From contig NMRA01000106.1 of the NCBI GenBank assembly GCA_002633005.1, positions 928,370 to 990,895 on the forward strand: a stretch of 62,526 nucleotides of DNA, in the 5' to 3' direction. Shown piece after piece: positions 1 to 24,821 of this stretch. How positions within the stretch are numbered: the first letter of the stretch is position 1; each line of letters opens with the position of its first letter. The stretch is from Phoronis australis. Its lineage: Eukaryota; Animalia; Phoronida. The translations under genes were made by a program, and so were the position numbers. The notes under the pieces are model-generated. The model saw nothing but the letters and a program-made list of their open reading frames with translations, did not search any database and had not been told where the DNA came from.

Positions 1-36
<36 letters not shown>

Positions 37-37
<1 letters not shown>

Positions 38-985
38 ATCATAACATTCATATGACGAACTCAGATGTCATAAATCGGTAAGAAATAGGCTACAGTCTTG
101 TTCAATAGAAGTTTAACCAACATCAAAGAAGCAAGACCGCTCAACAAAGGAACAGCGCTATCAGAAAATTACGAATAATTCGAAAAGTAGACGTCCTAGC
201 GAAAAATGGAAAGCATATTCTGAAAGCCCGTTCAAAACTCTATCTAAATTGATGGTTTCGCAACTTTCCGTAAAATTTTTGAATTTTTTTCTCAGACTTA
301 CCATTTTTGAGTTATTTTATTTTGAATTTAAAAAACACAAAATTTTATAAGTCTGAGAAAAAAATTGTAATAGTTCATTTGAAAGAGTATACCTCAGAGA
401 ATCCACATGCAAAAATTTACGTCATTTTCTCTTCCCGTTTAAAATGGCACCCCAGCACGACTAAAAATGGGTCAACATGCGCCAGATCTGCCATCTTGGA
501 AACAACCTATGGTTTTTTAACATAGAATAATAGCTCGTTGTAAAAAACTAATACCTGTAAATTTTCGAAGAAATTGGTGCAATAATGCGCCCTCTACTGG
601 AGAAAACATTTTTTTGAACAAAATTGAAGTGCGCATGCGCCATGACCGATATTTCCGCCATCTTTGACCGGAAGTAAATAATTTTTTGCGGATTTGTAAT
701 ACATGGATAGTTCAATATTTCTATTGATTTTCAGCCCTGTACGTCAAAAATTACAGCTTCTATGAGCAATTGAATCTGAAATTGGAAACAAAATGGCCGC
801 CATATCTGCGATCTTGGATCCGATTAAGGCGAAAAACTACAGGGTTCCTGTACTCACAGATGTACAACTTTTGTGTAAATTGTGTGACGATCGGACGAAA
901 ATTGCGACCTATATCGTGCGAACAAACAACAAAAAAACTTGGTGACAGAGCAACATACTTGGCGAAATTTATTTTGCCAAGTAAT
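37..985. mobile_element. Probable non-autonomous rolling-circle (Helitron/Helentron-like) repeat fragment
   Basis: Ends in a stem-loop tacttggcgaaa-tttat-tttgccaagta (956-983) after an AAAC-rich tract and contains repeated gccatctt motifs. Classification is inferred. Confidence 0.35.
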
Positions 986-1341
986 AATTACATTAAGCAC
1001 TTACACCAGAAATTTAAATTGATAACTTCCACGCTTGAACGTTATATCCTTGGCAAAAATGTATCTTTTAGTAATAGGCCGAGCTAAATCAGATCCCAAA
1101 TTAACTTCTTATGTGTGGAATGATTAAAAAGTGTCCGTGCGATTTCCTGTATAATTTTTATTCATTATAACATACCAGTTATAATTGTTATTACATCATA
1201 GACTTATCATAAAATAAATTTAGCACTAATAGCCTACCAAATTCTGTCCGAAGGAATCACTACAGTACAGCAGCACCCAGATCAAGCTCCTCGAACATGT
1301 AACTGCACTGACAGAAAGAAGTTGTGAATTTGACAATTTAC

Positions 1342-4300
1342 CTGAGACATCGGCTGTTGCCTTCAGTACAGTCAGCAATTGTTTATCAACATTTAGCACC
1401 TCCTGGTGGAGAATATCGTTAAAATCTTCCTGCGAATTGTCCACAGCTGACTTCAATAGGCGTAACATGATTGTTCGAAATAGTGTTTTTTCGACGAAAT
1501 CTGCAGCAAACTGAAACAAAAGTGTAATAAATTATTTAAGACAGACATCCTGTAAAGTCTTTCAATATAGGGTATTAGGCCTAAATTAAAATAAAATTCA
1601 TTTCATCTCATGGCACCAACCATTGAGTATGTGTGTAACTTAATGCAAGCTGGCAAAAAATTCAGTTCCTTCCTCCTAAAATCATTGCTCTTCATTTGCG
1701 AGGTAGAAATATGCCTTGTATGACCTAGTTTTCGAAATGAAAAGCTGATAACAAACTTCTGAGCAGAGCCACACAAGTGAAGAACATTTTTTCAACTCCT
1801 GATTGTAACGTATAATTCCAAATTCACGCATACATGATCTTGAGATTACATGAAATTCCAAGTTCATGCACAACCCAACAATGACCTTTCCCAGTGAGTA
1901 CATTGCAGACCACCAATGCCCCATAACTTTGTCCAGACCAAATTCAGACATAAGCAAGGATCTGTGCTCTACTGAGAACAAGAACTATGCCTATAAATTT
2001 AGGAGGCAATCTCTTACATTATAAACAAACAGACACTTTCTGTCAATAAACATGGAGGTATTCACTGGCTCCCAATTAGCAGCAGATGTTTAAGACATTT
2101 ATCTTTCAAATTAAAACAACTGTTGGTGAACACACAGCTGTAGGACCTTATCACCAAGTTTGTACATTTAGACACATACCTACAAAATGTTAATCTAACT
2201 CAGTCAAAGTAGAAAAGTAGTACAACTTTATTTCTGACTTTATGCCAGTTGGCCATTGACTGGTCATGCGACCACGCCAGTTTCGTAAAATTTAGGAAAA
2301 AAAAAACACCTTCATTGCCACACAATGGCAACAACAACGAAAGTTGGTTAAATGTAAGTGTTCAAAATGAAATCCCAAAAGTACTGCCACAGTTTTCTTA
2401 CTTATCATTTAGTTTTTTTTTATGAGTACAATTTGCAATTTTTAATTTTCTATATGTCACAAAAGCACTACCGGTATTTTTATTAGACCCTCTTGCAAAA
2501 GTGGGTCATTTTAAACATAATTCGCGTTTTGGAGAATATTGAATAAAGCTTAGTATCAAAATGTTTCATTAAAATCTAAGTCAGCCATTTCAGAGAAATA
2601 TTCTGAAGTTAGACAAATTTGGATTATTTCTAGGGTCTCATGTGACTGTTAAGGCTTAATAATACTTGGTTCACAAGGGGCGTAAATGCCAGCAATTCCC
2701 AATTGGCAAAAACGTTTTGCATTTTAGCCAGACAACCCTTCTGTTAATGAAATAGATTTTGAGCCAAAATTTGTTAATTAGAACATTCGCTCTCTACAAT
2801 AAATTGATCAGTAACACAACGATATTACACGTTACAAAAGCTGCAAAAAGCAACAGAAGTTTTCGGTACATAACTCAAACCACCAGCGTAAACTGACCGC
2901 TGCAAATTCCTGGCATGTTCACTGGCCAATTTATTACAAAAGGGAGACTTCATGACCACTGTTCTCTTCCATCTATTAACTCATGGAGCTGAACTATGTT
3001 GGAAAACTCTAGCAATGACTTTAGAAAAGTTTTGAGCCGTGCATGGAAAGCATTGAACAATGGTTAGAAATAGTGAGCAAGGTTTGAAATGCCCGAGGTG
3101 TGTAGCGTGCACTTCCTGGCCACGTGCTTTTAACAACAATTTTTTATTAGTCTTCAATTCACTGTTTTTACATGTACAAAGAAATCTGGAAACTTGTTGA
3201 GAGAGAAGATACGCAATATGTACAGGATAGATTCAATCGCATTGAGATGGCCAGACCATAACTGGGCACATTCTGTGCAAGATTTGCGAAACTTGTGTTC
3301 TTTTTAGAGCACAGCGGAAGTTTGAAGTGTATAGTCTAAATACTGACATATCCAGGCTGGTCTAGAAATTCCGCGCACATTGATTTTTCAGGACTGCCAG
3401 GTCTTGTTGACAAATTGAAGACGTTACTGTGGAATTTTACCACAGTAGGTAAAGCATTTTTCGCATGTACACATTCATGGGCTGGGCGCTTATTTCAGCA
3501 CAGTCTGAAAATGCGTGGGGGTGCTTATAGGAGCATGGGCAGTTATTAGGGAGAATACGGTACCTATAAACACCTTCCATCACAAAAAAGTTGACGTTTA
3601 GTATCCCATTAGTCTTACTCAAGTTTATAACGCAGTGCAAAATTTGCTGGCGTTTGTTTCATTTAACCTTGAATCTTTGTAATGATGGGAGCTGAGATTG
3701 ATGGTCCAGAATTATATTGATGTTGTTCTTATCATTTGTATCTGCTTTTTATAGGGACCTTCGGATAGTTATTACACAATCTGGTTCCTCTCAGAAGTCT
3801 AATTCCATATCTTGGACATAACGAATAAATTTAGTTTAGAACGGATATCTTGCATTCTAATGCAAACTTTGAGCATTCTACATATTTCCAGTTAACAGAA
3901 ATAAACACACATTTAATACATAAGAATTAAAGTCAAACTCTCATTCTCACTATGGTTATATATTTACAACAAAAGCTGTGATGAAATAACATATTCTCAT
4001 AACACATGGCAGCCATCTTGTTGGGCATCTTGGATTGCGAAAAAAGCCAAGCCTGTGGTAAGTAACCACTCGGAGTTACTTGAATACCACGAATTTTCGA
4101 AAATAGGCCCACCCAAAAGTACATTCATGAACATATTTTTGGAAAATTTTCCAAAAGTATGTCCGTAGGCGTATTTTCAGTTAGTGTATGTTTGAATATC
4201 TGATGGATTGTTATATGTTTGTAATATGTTTTGATGTCAAATTTTGTTTATTTTGGCAAGACATGATATACCGGTATTAGGATCCCAATTTCACTTACCG

Positions 4301-7300
4301 TAATCGTTCGGGTTAACGCCCTGGGCGGTTAAATTGGCGAATCCAAAAAATCGGGGGAGGGCGGTTAACCGAGCAGTGGGCGGTTAAATCGAAAATCCAC
4401 TTAAAGTCGGGAGTGGGCGGTTAACTGAGCATGGGCGTTAACCCGAACGATTACGGTAAATGACTATCATTTAATGAGATATTGGGTAACTGTGTTGGTA
4501 ACTAAATCATATTAACAGAGTATGAAGGACAAGTTTAACGCACTGTGTTTGCTCAATGCGAAATAAGTTTGGACATTGTAAAATTCTTACTAGTCATCTG
4601 CAACTATATACAAACTATATACATTGAAAATGAACATGTTTATGTAAAAAAGACTTCACAACTAATGTTGGTTCAACAAAACTGCATGAAAACATTTGTT
4701 GCATATATTAATGAACTTTTTGCATTGTTTCTTTATCAACAAACCAAAAGTTCTTTTAATCTAAGGACTACCCACATTTACAGAAGTTTTGTTCACTTTT
4801 ACATTCTTTGAAAACAAGTCTTGAGTGAATAATGAATGATAACTATTTGCCTTAAAACTGCATGATAAAATGTTTGACACAATTTCCAAAAATACGCCCC
4901 CATTTCCTAAAATAACTTCTATATTTGATTTCATTTGACGTTTTAGAAAGATCGTTTTCTGAATACCCACACATCGCCTATTTTCAGAAATTCCCGGTAA
5001 ACACACCAACATCTGTAAAAAATTCTAACAAAATCACTGCACAGAGCCACAGCAAGGTTCCTTGTAAATCTGAAGTTCCACCACCAGACTTAGTATGTAC
5101 TAATTCATTAAGTTTATGCGCAAATGAACTTTTACAGCTCAGCGGAAAAATCATAATGCCAGCCCTGAAATGAACTGTGACTTATTTTAATATATATGGT
5201 ACTCAGTGCAGCTGCGTTTTTACCACATGCAGGGCCTGAGGTTAGGACTCATTCCACAGTCCACAGTTCTCACAAGACCAGGGTTTGAAATATGAAAGTA
5301 TTAAAATAATCTGGGAGCAAAAACAATACAGTGGTCAGATTGATTACAAGACAATATTATGACTGGGATGCTTCCCCCTGGCTATCTGCTAATTATAGTA
5401 TTCCCAGCATTGACTTGAGTGACACCACATATGCTTGCTGACATGAGTTACAACAGATATGACCTCGCCCCAAACCACGCTCACTGTATGTTATAACTGT
5501 GCTACAAGTATAACATTTAAAACCGGTTCTAAAATGTCCAGATCAAAGGCTTTAAATACCGGTAAGTCTTAAAAGTCATAACCACTTTGGTGTGAACAGT
5601 TTAATACTTCACAACGTTTTTGTGGTCAGTCAGTGGTCAAATACAAACATTTGCTTAACTGCACAGTCTTCCAAATCATATAACAAGTTTCCAAAGTTGG
5701 TTAATTACATCACAGCGATTTAATATTTTCTGCTGTGTGCTTATGTATTTTTGGAAAAATTTGTCCATACAAAAATATTTATCAAAACTAGTACAATCTT
5801 CAAAAACACTGAATACATATTGGTAACAAATGAAATAAGTTAAAAAATACTAATATATGATGAAAACTACGTTTGTTTTTCACTGCAGTCCAAAATTCCA
5901 ATTGTGACATATAGACATCAAATTCTTTGATTTAATTACATTTTCTACTTCTAGTACAGATATGCATGGTAGCATTCTTAGGGTAAGGCGATTTTGGGGA
6001 TGGGTTTTCATTATTTGGTATTATCTCAGGTGACAGTCATTTCTCTAGCTTCTGGGATTGTAAATGTGGAATTACGTAGAGAATCCCCCCCGGGAAGCTA
6101 ATCTCTCATTTCTTAACACAATGCATAATTGTTTGATATTCCAAAAAATAAGTTTTCTAGAGCTGACATTCAAATACCATAAGTTTTCATAATGAACTTT
6201 AGCATGAAATTAACACTGATAAGATAGACAATTTAAACAGCAGCATTTATGCAATGCACAAATAAGAGAGCAACATAAAAAAATCAAAGTCTAAATACCA
6301 CCAAAGTTCAAACAATAATTGGTGTTTAATAAGAGGATTCAGCAAGAAAATCTACAGCACAAGTAAGCAATATCATGCTTGTCATTGTACCTGCATAATG
6401 AGCTATCGTCAAGTCTAAATCATGCAAGAATTTCCATTTCCACAATTTTAATTGTGACAAGAGGAAATGGTTCATTTCCAATCTAGCTTTCCAATATATA
6501 ATTTCTATTCTACATGACTTTTCCAGACAACAGATTACCATTCCACTCTTCAGAAGGCTTTAGTTTATTATCTATTCATAATTTTAAAATTTTGGCTGCA
6601 AAAGATATACTTCGCTTTGACAACACGATATTTCTTCTTAAACTGTTTCAAGCTTGAAATGGGTTAAAAAGATAGCTGTCCTAGAATATCTATGAAACTT
6701 GAGGGTTGCCTTGCAACAAAACACTATATTTCATGGACCTCCCTAGTCCCTACACAAGGGTTCCTTTTAGCAGTTGCATCCTGCTTCCAACATGAATGCA
6801 ACTGAGTACCTCCCCCAATCCAAAGTACCTGAAAATGCAGTCTATAAAGAGATGAATAAAAAGCTAATTTCCACTCAAATAATTAGGACACAAGTACTCG
6901 AGCTATTTAACAGATTTTATGTAAAAATTTCATCGGATAAGAAATGCAACCTGCAAACAAATAAAAAATAAACAACAAATTTTGTGACAGAGTAGCCGAC
7001 TAGATCCAGAAGTAGACCTCAACAAATATATGTGAACATACCTCACCGCCGTGGCCATCAAACACCCCATAAATAGACGTATCTGTATGTTCCAACTCGT
7101 TTACTATGTTGTACCTATCTTCCATCCTGTTGCGTTTGCCTTGAATGGCGAAAAGACTAACATTTCCTTTCCTCAACTCCCAAGTAGTTTTACTGTGGTC
7201 ACCGAGAATATCGTTTCCAACAACTTCCAAGTCCCTCAGAAAATTTTGTGATTGCTGCGGACGGATCATCGCGCCTGATGCGCGTCGCTGTGGCTTTTGC

Positions 7301-7455
7301 ATAGACTTGGCCACTCGCCATTTGAGGTAAGTCCACCAAAAACTGCCGTGAATCAGTAACTGATACAGTAATATAGTCAGACATCCTAGTATAAAGCCTT
7401 CAGTGGTAAAAACATGGCGTCTTAAGAAACGAAATACAAAGTGAAATGATGCCAT
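1342..7455 (-). CDS. PPM1L: Protein phosphatase 1L (PP2C-epsilon), first two coding exons; the gene continues left of the window
   Basis: Exon 1 7455-7042 encodes an N-terminal hydrophobic anchor and the PP2C motifs QGKRNRMEDR and IYGVFDGHGGE, ending at GAG|gtatgt. Exon 2 1510-1342 (tttcag|FAADFVEK...DVSG|gtaaat) continues in phase. Confidence 0.9.
3098..3560 (-). mobile_element. Truncated copy of the element at 25721-27245
   Basis: The reverse complement matches 25721-26210 (e.g. catgaatgtgtac.tgcgaaaa, aaagcacgtggccagg). It ends ...aatacgg followed by TA. Confidence 0.75.
4298..4456. mobile_element. 159-bp MITE, Tc1/mariner-pogo type
   Basis: Perfect 24-bp TIR ccgtaatcgttcgggttaacgccc, TA on both sides, and internal gggcggttaa repeats. 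Confidence 0.9.
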
Positions 7456-7660
7456 TTAAAGATAAGAAACTAGGTTAAATAGGCAATAATTAAAAACCGC
7501 AACAGTAAATTTCGACACATATTTTAGCTTTCAGCTCTCTAACGTAGTGAAATTCGTCTCGCATAGACACTTCCGGTCAAGAAAAACCCGCCGAGCACCG
7601 AGAGGTCAGAAGTAATTTTGCTGTTGGTTTGCGTTTTCAACAACGGTCGTTTTTGAAGGC
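7456..7660. promoter_or_regulatory. Shared bidirectional promoter region of PPM1L and NUTF2
   Basis: 205 bp separate the divergent ATGs; an ETS/GABP-type motif ACTTCCGG lies at 7569-7576. Confidence 0.7.
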
Positions 7661-8044
7661 ATGGGGGATATAACACAAGTACAAGCTATCGGTCAACAAT
7701 TCGTCCAGTTTTACTATCAATCATTTGACAGCAATAGGGCAAATGTAGGAAGTCTTTACCTGGAGGATTCCGTGTTGACTTTCGAAGGGAGCCTGTTCGT
7801 GGGAAAGGAAAATATAACAAAAAAACTTGTTGAATTGCCATTTAAGACCGTTCAGCACGTTGTCACCACAACTGACTGTCAGCCTTTAGCTGGTGGTGCT
7901 GTAGTGTGTGTTGTCGGACAGCTCAAGACAGACGACGATCCACCACACGGATTTACGGAAATCTTTTATCTCCAGCAGGCAGGAGGGCAATTTTTCGTGA
8001 GGAATCAAATATTCAGACTTGCGCTGCACAACGTGCCAACTTAA
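7661..8044 (+). CDS. NUTF2: Nuclear transport factor 2, 127 aa, no intron in the CDS
   Basis: IGQQFVQFYYQSFDSNR...LTFEG...LPF...TTDCQP...VVGQLKTDDDPPHGF...IFRLALHN is the canonical NTF2 sequence, full length and uninterrupted. Confidence 0.95.
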   Translation: MGDITQVQAIGQQFVQFYYQSFDSNRANVGSLYLEDSVLTFEGSLFVGKENITKKLVELPFKTVQHVVTTTDCQPLAGGAVVCVVGQLKTDDDPPHGFTEIFYLQQAGGQFFVRNQIFRLALHNVPT

Positions 8045-8279
8045 AGAGTCAACATTGGCTTTGGCATTCTTGTCCTTGTCAAGAGAAAATTCTTCTATCG
8101 CTTTTGTGCCGAAAAAGAGAAGATCAATAGTTTAGAGTAATTTGTCAACCAAAGAAGCTTTTGTCCCAGACCTCAACACTGGACATTTGTTGATTGTTAT
8201 AACTCGCCAGCTTATTGGAAAATCCTTCTCTGGAGAAGTCTTGCTATATACTATCTTCTCAGCGAAAATAAGGCCTCCT

Positions 8280-8390
8280 ATGGTCAACATCATGAAACGC
8301 AGAATTGACTTTTATGTAATCTGGAATTTACTTGTTGTCATTGGACTCATAGCAATGATGTTCTATTTTTATTTTTATGTTTGGAAATGA
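8280..8390 (+). CDS. Candidate 36-aa single-pass membrane microprotein (downstream ORF in the presumed NUTF2 3' UTR)
   Basis: MVNIMKRRIDFYVIWNLLVVIGLIAMMFYFYFYVWK: a basic KRR patch followed by about 24 uncharged, mostly hydrophobic residues. A second in-frame ATG at 8292 has A at -3. No expression or conservation evidence is available. Confidence 0.35.
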   Translation: MVNIMKRRIDFYVIWNLLVVIGLIAMMFYFYFYVWK

Positions 8391-9384
8391 TTACTGTTGC
8401 TACTGTTCACTGTCAGCTGTTACATGCATGTGATCCACTGTACTGAATTGAATCCCTGCAGCTGTTAGCCGAAAATCAAGGAACAGTTGGAGAACTTCGC
8501 CATTCAATTGTGCTCCCTGGTGATGATGATAATTTCAAGACAAAAGAATTCACCTGCATTGAGGAGTTGCATGAGCTTAATTGAGTTGAACTGTAAATCT
8601 GTTAAATTTTGTGTTAACAGTCGAACCTTGTTATAATCCGGTAATGACGTACCCTGTATAGAACTTGTAACAACGATATAACATACAAACTATCTAGTCT
8701 ATCAAATGTAATAACTGCAATTATTAGCGATGTACGCATTTATAGGGATTGCACTGACATTCCCTGGTCACCAATAGGCATGCAAACGACTTCTGGGAAG
8801 TCTATGACAAGTGTTTACAACTGAACTGTAGTCTATCAAATGACCTAAATGTTTACCGTACTTACATCGAACTATGGTTATAATGTTCAGATTTTGAAAG
8901 TCTTTGTAGGCTGTATGTATAATGACATGTAGTTCTTGTATTACATTTGATCAACCATGATTATACGAAAGGGACATTTTGCACTTTTGGCGATGATTTT
9001 GAAACCTGAGTGAAAAGACGATTATATAAAAACAAAAAAATGTATTGGATGTGGTGATAAGTAGTGACAGAATCTTTTGTAGTGCTAGTGTTGATAGTGT
9101 TAAAAGCAATTATATCGAAAAGGAAACCCTTTGAACTGATGGTAACTTGAATGTCAAACATAAAATCAAGAAAGATCTGGCAGTATAAACTACAATATTG
9201 TATATTTGGAAGGATTACTCATTCATTGCATGATTTAACAAACAAATGGCGGATAACAAATTGTTCACAATGTCTGATATTGAAATTATCAATAAGTGTT
9301 CTGTAACAATTCTCATTTTCTATTATGTTCTTTGGGTGCTTAGAAAAAATTAGTTAATCAAAGGTGTGTGATTTATGTAGTTTC

Positions 9385-9390
9385 AATAAA
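9385..9390 (+). terminator. Probable polyadenylation signal of the NUTF2 transcript
   Basis: AATAAA followed by T/GT-rich sequence (tttgcttgttaattgtc). An earlier AATAAG at about 8267 is non-canonical. Confidence 0.45.
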
Positions 9391-9770
9391 ATTGACATTT
9401 GCTTGTTAATTGTCTATTGATTACTAATTTTCAAACAGTAAAACATCACAATGAATATTTACATTCAATACCAGTTTAGTCATGATTTGAAAACATTTTA
9501 AACAAGACAGCATGCAAGCTGCCATCATTAAACACAACACCAACACAAAGTACCACTAATGATCCCTGAATCTTGAATGATACAGTGTAACTAGATTGAC
9601 CATGAACACAACAGGAGGGAACATGGTGTAAAACTGCTGTTGTCCACGAAATGACAGTGGGGGGCATCTAATGTGGGGGACACCTAATAGCAAAGAACAG
9701 ATTGAGAAAGTAGATACGGTAAAGTTAGAATAAAAATTGTTCAGTTTGAGACAACAATAATTCCTAAATA

Positions 9771-10991
9771 CCGTACTCGTCCGAGTTACGGCCCATGCTC
9801 GGCTTACCGCCCACCCCCAAAAATTTCAATTTTTCATTTTAAGCGTCCATGCTCGGATTACCGCCCACCCCCAATCCCCGAGACTACTGTAAAAGTATCT
9901 GTGCTTCTGTGAACATTCGTCGCACAAAATTAAGATTTCGAAACGTGAGGAGACACAATTGTTTCTTTTAGCTCAAGCGCGGAACTCGTGTCGGCATGTA
10001 CTGATCTCTGAGACAGCGCTTGTTGAATGCATTTCATTTTCTGTGAAACCAGCAAAGACAGGGATTTCACGTCCGTGACCAACCTTTCTGTGATTCCCTG
10101 TGACAGTACACGAAACATAACCACCCTGAGCATTGAAATAAGAAAAGACATGGTCCATTGTGACAAGCCAACTTGTGTCGCTGTTCCTGTCTTGGTTAAG
10201 CTCATGTTTTTAATGACTTTTACTCCTGACACCAAAATGGAAGTGCCCAACCAAAGGCAGAGCCCAAAAATTAACTTGTCATTAACCCAAGTCGAACATT
10301 CTGTCCACATTACATGTGGTCAAAAACTTATTTTGTTGAACTTTTGATTTGCATGATGACTTTTTACAAGATGTGTTTTTGCTTCATTATTTTGGCAGCC
10401 CTATTGTCTAATAGTAGTATCGTACGATTGTTGAGCACGTGCTTTGAACAAGGGTGGTGTTGGCTTTGAACTCAAAAAGAATTATACAATGTATATAAAA
10501 TGTACATTGTTGAAAGTGTTCAATAGGAAGACCTGTCAATCATTAGCACGCAGTTGGTTGCCTAAGCGTCCAGCCGGAAGCAAATCTTTACACAATCAAG
10601 TGCTTCCCTTAAAAATACACCGCGAACTAGCGGACTCTTGTGTCATCTCTCAAGAAACTTGCCCTACTGAATGCATAGTTCTAAGAGATGACCATCAGCG
10701 ACTGAGGTACGTAAAAACCCAATCATGTTCAGGATCACGACACCACTATATTGTGTGCGCAGGCCATCGAAGTCCGTTACTTCAATCCCCCGACCTATAG
10801 TTTAACTGGTATGCTTGAAGTCCGACGTCAGTGTAGCTCCGTCAGGGTAAAATCGATACTCCGTGCAGTAAGCAACAACTCCTGACTTTTCAAAAATTTC
10901 GATTTTAACTGCCCATGCTCGGCTTACCGCCCACCCCGTTTTTAAAGATTCCCAATTTAAGCGCCCTGGGCGGTAACGCGGATGAGTACGG
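9771..10991. mobile_element. 1.2-kb non-autonomous DNA transposon, Tc1/mariner-pogo type
   Basis: TIRs ccgtactcgtccgagttac and gtaacgcggatgagtacgg, TA TSD, and subterminal gcccatgctcggcttaccgcccacccc repeats. Confidence 0.85.
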
Positions 10992-11415
10992 TACACAATT
11001 TTTCTATTTTTCGAAGGCTCAATTGCATTGCTCTAGACACTGAAACATTACAGAATGTAAAGTCACGATTATATGTTAAAACCATGACAACAGGAATTAT
11101 TTATGTTAAAAAATTGGAAAAAATGTAAATAAAATAAAAGGACAATCGGTGTTTGAACAATGTCCACAAATGTGCTAAAATTTATGGAACATAATTAAGG
11201 CCCTATTAGGTCAGTTTCAAGCAACAAAACACAACTAACTGGAGGACAAAAAGTAGTAGTTGTCTCCCTTCAAAACACCCCTCTGGTGAATGAGTAAAAA
11301 ATGGGCCTGTTTGGCAAAACAGCAGACTCTAGTCCCACGGGTAGGTTCTACAGACAATGTCCCTCCTAAATGTTAGCTGTTGTAGAACACGTCCAGGTGC
11401 GGCCCTTAACAGTTC

Positions 11416-24696
<13,281 letters not shown>

Positions 24697-24821
24697 GCAG
24701 AGAGTCAGCCACAGCCACAGGGTTTCTCAACAAATATGAGCGACACCTATTGAACTTATAACTCTGGTCTCCCCAACTGAATCTAGCCAATAACAGCAAG
24801 AGAAACCAGACAAAAATCAAT
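24697..24821. promoter_or_regulatory. Very compact bidirectional promoter region between MCCC1 and TAF9
   Basis: 125 bp separate the ATGs. A CCAAT box (agccaat) is at 24785-24791, and a YY1-like AATATGGCGGC overlaps the TAF9 start codon. Confidence 0.7.

Noticed and set aside
1-36. Poly(A) tail of a retrocopy
   Set aside because: The run is cut by the window edge, so no body or TSD can be assessed.
8387-8584. ATGA-overlapping ORF after the smORF, with a TGA followed by 45 more open codons
   Set aside because: It has no recognisable homology, its length is within chance expectation, and it needs unsupported readthrough or a weak donor.
9930-10800. 100-126-aa ORFs as genes or a transposase
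   Set aside because: They lie inside a non-autonomous element and show no DDE or other domain motifs.
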